Shown here: positions 62,701 to 64,000 of the stretch, one piece after another
Layout: the number at the start of each line of letters is the position of its first letter
Position numbering within the stretch: position 1 is the first letter of the stretch
Source: an uncultured Solirubrobacterales bacterium
GTDB lineage: Bacteria > Actinomycetota > Thermoleophilia > Solirubrobacterales > Solirubrobacteraceae
Assembly (NCBI GenBank): GCA_963827045.1
Contig: CAWGZH010000002.1
Coordinates: forward strand, 612,520 to 676,519
Direction of reading: 5' to 3'
Length of the DNA: 64,000 nt
Notes under the pieces: generated by a model
Databases searched by the model: none
Told to the model about the DNA's origin: nothing
What the model saw: the letters and a program-made list of their open reading frames with translations, nothing else
Made by a program: the position numbers and the translations under genes

Positions 62701-62824
62701 CCAGGGCCAACTTGGGGGCCGTCCCCCGCACACGGGCACACAGGCCCAGAAGACCCAAAAAGACGTAGCACTCGACCTGCGAAAGGGCGCCCGGTCGCTG
62801 GCAGCCGGCCACCCATTGACTTAG
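59771..62824 (+). CDS. Large secreted four-domain LPxG/Cys-pair protein, paralog of 45177-48099
   Basis: Signal peptide to APAAA; QAGGHPF; four Cys-pair units; Arg/Lys-rich C-terminal insert. Confidence 0.8.
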   Translation: MPVRQTLAACLLCLAVGAAPAAASEAPFAVSAFTTQATEVPPSGGSEPVPFDQAGGHPFALTTTVNFAAGDDPKDLRIELPPGLLANPRAVAQCSPQAAQCPTDSQVGVFSLHFTGDEQQLEVEGSIYNLTPYTGVPAELGLEVPILDRIILTAHLIRSPAGYTLALVGSGLPTLNLGELLSGAPPLHLSGMETTLWGVPAAAAHDAQRGISCFGGIVAGLGCQGGGLSDGEPAVPFITMPSGCSTTPVSTVWADSWQEPGRYVQAQYALPTMSSCDRSVFWPELSLRPETLRPEAADGVSLAINVHEFEGSTVAAPELRAARVTLPQGMAINPAVADGLKACPASGPEGVNIPTGVNSSGEPLAPGEPGPGEEIPPEGLGPQEPELSPGHCPNASILGTAEAITPLLAHPIEGRVYIATPGCGGDGEPACTEEDAADGNLYKLWIELGAGPNTKRNEGVLLKLAASVEANPATGQLTVHLTESPQLPLSELTLHLFGGERALLVNPSSCGAATTTSDLQSWSAPFAADASPSSYFNVTGCTSRPLAPRFLAGVVNPDAAASSPFILTLSRGAGEPYLSALQAQTPPGVSAMLSSVPPCTEPQASSGGCPEASRVGSAEVSAGGGSLPLRLPGAIYLTTGFHGAPFGLSIVTNADAGPLHLGAIVTRATVTIDPVTAALTITTNPLPQIVLGVPLRVQRVSLNIDRPGFILNPTDCHAEHVTATIASTEGASTNVSDPFAVGDCASLPFKPKLTASTSAHNTFASGASLDMRLTFPPATAGAPANIKRIRVALPIHLPSRLTTLQGACPAATFAHNPAACPPSSTVGIATAHTPLLSGALTGPVVFVTRGRDQVPAPSVILQGNDVTLILQGSTAINTQGVATVAFNSIPDVPLQSLELYLPQGAHSLVTANTNLCALTRTVLVTRHVKVREHGRTVRRSKRVRKRLPATLRMPTELAGQNGAVIHDTTPVTVSGCAQGQLGGRPPHTGTQAQKTQKDVALDLRKGARSLAAGHPLT

Positions 62825-62993
62825 GCCGGAAGTCCAACCTGCCGAAAAGGACTAAATAGACAAGGGGACGTCTATGGAGCCTTTACACCTGGACACAGAT
62901 CAGCCAGATAGTGCCGCGCCGATTGCGGAGCGCGGGCCGGCGGCTTGGGAAATTAGCTGTCTCCCAGAGGGCGCTGCTCGCATAAACCGATTG

Positions 62994-64000
62994 ATGGCGA
63001 GTTCAGCCGAAACGATCCCAAAGCCCCGACCGATGGGGCCGCCCTTGGTCTCGCGCACGAGCACGCGATGGATCGTGCGGGCACCTGGGCGCGGCGGGTC
63101 GCTTTCCCCAGACGAGTCCGCCCGCGCCCTCCAAGCCCGTCGCGTCGAGCTGCGCACGGCGGTCGACCGGCGCAAGGACGTTCGCTTCCTGAGCGCAGGA
63201 GTACGCGATGAAGTCGTGGACGAAGCGATCGCGGTCGTGGTGATGTCCCACAAGCCGATCCAGAACGAAGAGCACCTCCAGGGCGCTTTCTGGACCTCCG
63301 TCGGGTATCTCGTAGCTGAGCGCAGGGCTGGCCGACACGACCTTCGCGTCGGCTCGCAGCGACGGGTCGCATACGAGCCCCTGGAGGGCGAGCTTGCCGG
63401 GGAGGACGACCCATCGTTTGACTTCGTAGAAGCTCGCGATCGTGTCCTGCGCGCCCTGGATTTGATCTCCCAACTGGACCCACTGGAGCGCCAGGTACTC
63501 GCAATCATGGGCGGCTACGGCGTCGGCGTCAAGCGCGCCGCGAAGGCGCTCGAGCTGCCAGTGAAGAAGGTGCTCGCGGCGTCGCGCAGCGCAAACCGCA
63601 AGCTCGACCAAGTCACCGCGATCGTCGCCGCCGGACGGATGTGCGAGTACCGCTCCGACGCACTCCGGGCACTCGCCCACGGCACGGCGCTCGAGGAAGA
63701 GGCCAAGATCGCGCACGCGCACCTGGACGCCTGCAGCGCGTGCCGGACCGAGCACGTCCTGCTAGCCCGAGAAATGGCCAGCGCTCAATACAAGCGCGCC
63801 GCCAGCGCCGCACTATTGCCCGCGCCCGCCGCCTCGCCGCACGCTCACAGTTGGCTGGAGCGGCTGCTCAGCCTCGCGCACATCCGTATGCCAGGCGGTA
63901 GCGGCGCCAGCGCCGAGCGGGCCGGACTGATGCTCGGAGGCGGCGCAGGCACAAAGGTCGCCGTCGCGGCCGGTGTCGGCCTGGTCGCCGCCGCTGGTGC
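62994..64000 (+). CDS. ECF-sigma-like protein fused to a ZAS (HxxxCxxC) anti-sigma domain and TM segment, 3'-partial
   Basis: Manual translation: DEVVDEAIAVV, QLDPLERQVLAI...AAKALELPVKKV (region 4 HTH), HAHLDACSAC, hydrophobic KVAVAAGVGLVAAAG. Absent from the ORF track because there is no stop in the window. Confidence 0.7.
   Translation, partial: MASSAETIPKPRPMGPPLVSRTSTRWIVRAPGRGGSLSPDESARALQARRVELRTAVDRRKDVRFLSAGVRDEVVDEAIAVVVMSHKPIQNEEHLQGAFWTSVGYLVAERRAGRHDLRVGSQRRVAYEPLEGELAGEDDPSFDFVEARDRVLRALDLISQLDPLERQVLAIMGGYGVGVKRAAKALELPVKKVLAASRSANRKLDQVTAIVAAGRMCEYRSDALRALAHGTALEEEAKIAHAHLDACSACRTEHVLLAREMASAQYKRAASAALLPAPAASPHAHSWLERLLSLAHIRMPGGSGASAERAGLMLGGGAGTKVAVAAGVGLVAAAG

Noticed and set aside
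62900-63755. Minus-strand ORFs of 183-250 aa
   Set aside because: Shadows of the plus-strand sigma-like gene, which has recognisable motifs and G/C-rich third positions.
1-64000. Integrase, transposase, relaxase, tRNA att site or sortase
   Set aside because: No catalytic motifs recognised; mobility is inferred only from repeats and gene content.

Overview
High-GC actinobacterial DNA. The gene families (conserved IclR type, tandem TetR, Lys-rich C-terminal surface-protein tails) suggest Solirubrobacterales/Thermoleophilia; this is an inference. The window looks like an accessory or island region. I found no rRNA, tRNA, CRISPR array, integrase or transposase. Layout: (1) 1-9100, phage/ICE-like small genes (Pth2-like, RNase H-like, PIN toxin-antitoxin, DUF4262, AAA ATPase) sharing a repeated promoter/operator motif; (2) 9200-11800, three IclR genes and a redoxin lacking the catalytic Cys; (3) 12100-24000, the strongest candidate system: a YtpB/DUF2600-type terpene synthase and a P450 between two convergent FtsX/MacB-type ABC exporters, with two catalytically degenerate ABC ATPases, PadR and TetR; (4) 24100-36600, an AT-hook nucleoid-like protein, a large RCC1 surface protein, a second TA pair, MarR-ClC and gene debris; (5) 36800-50500, tandem-domain regulators and a secreted-protein operon built on an unnamed Cys-pair repeat domain, behind a ydaO-like leader; (6) 51200-57400, nitrilase, methyltransferase, NUDIX, a third permease and a membrane diguanylate cyclase; (7) 58400-64000, a second secreted-protein operon and an ECF sigma-ZAS-TM fusion that runs off the window. 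Several repeats indicate recent rearrangement, including a 330-bp inverted repeat enclosing about 17 kb. All product calls come from motifs read by eye; no database search was run, and start codons are best estimates.
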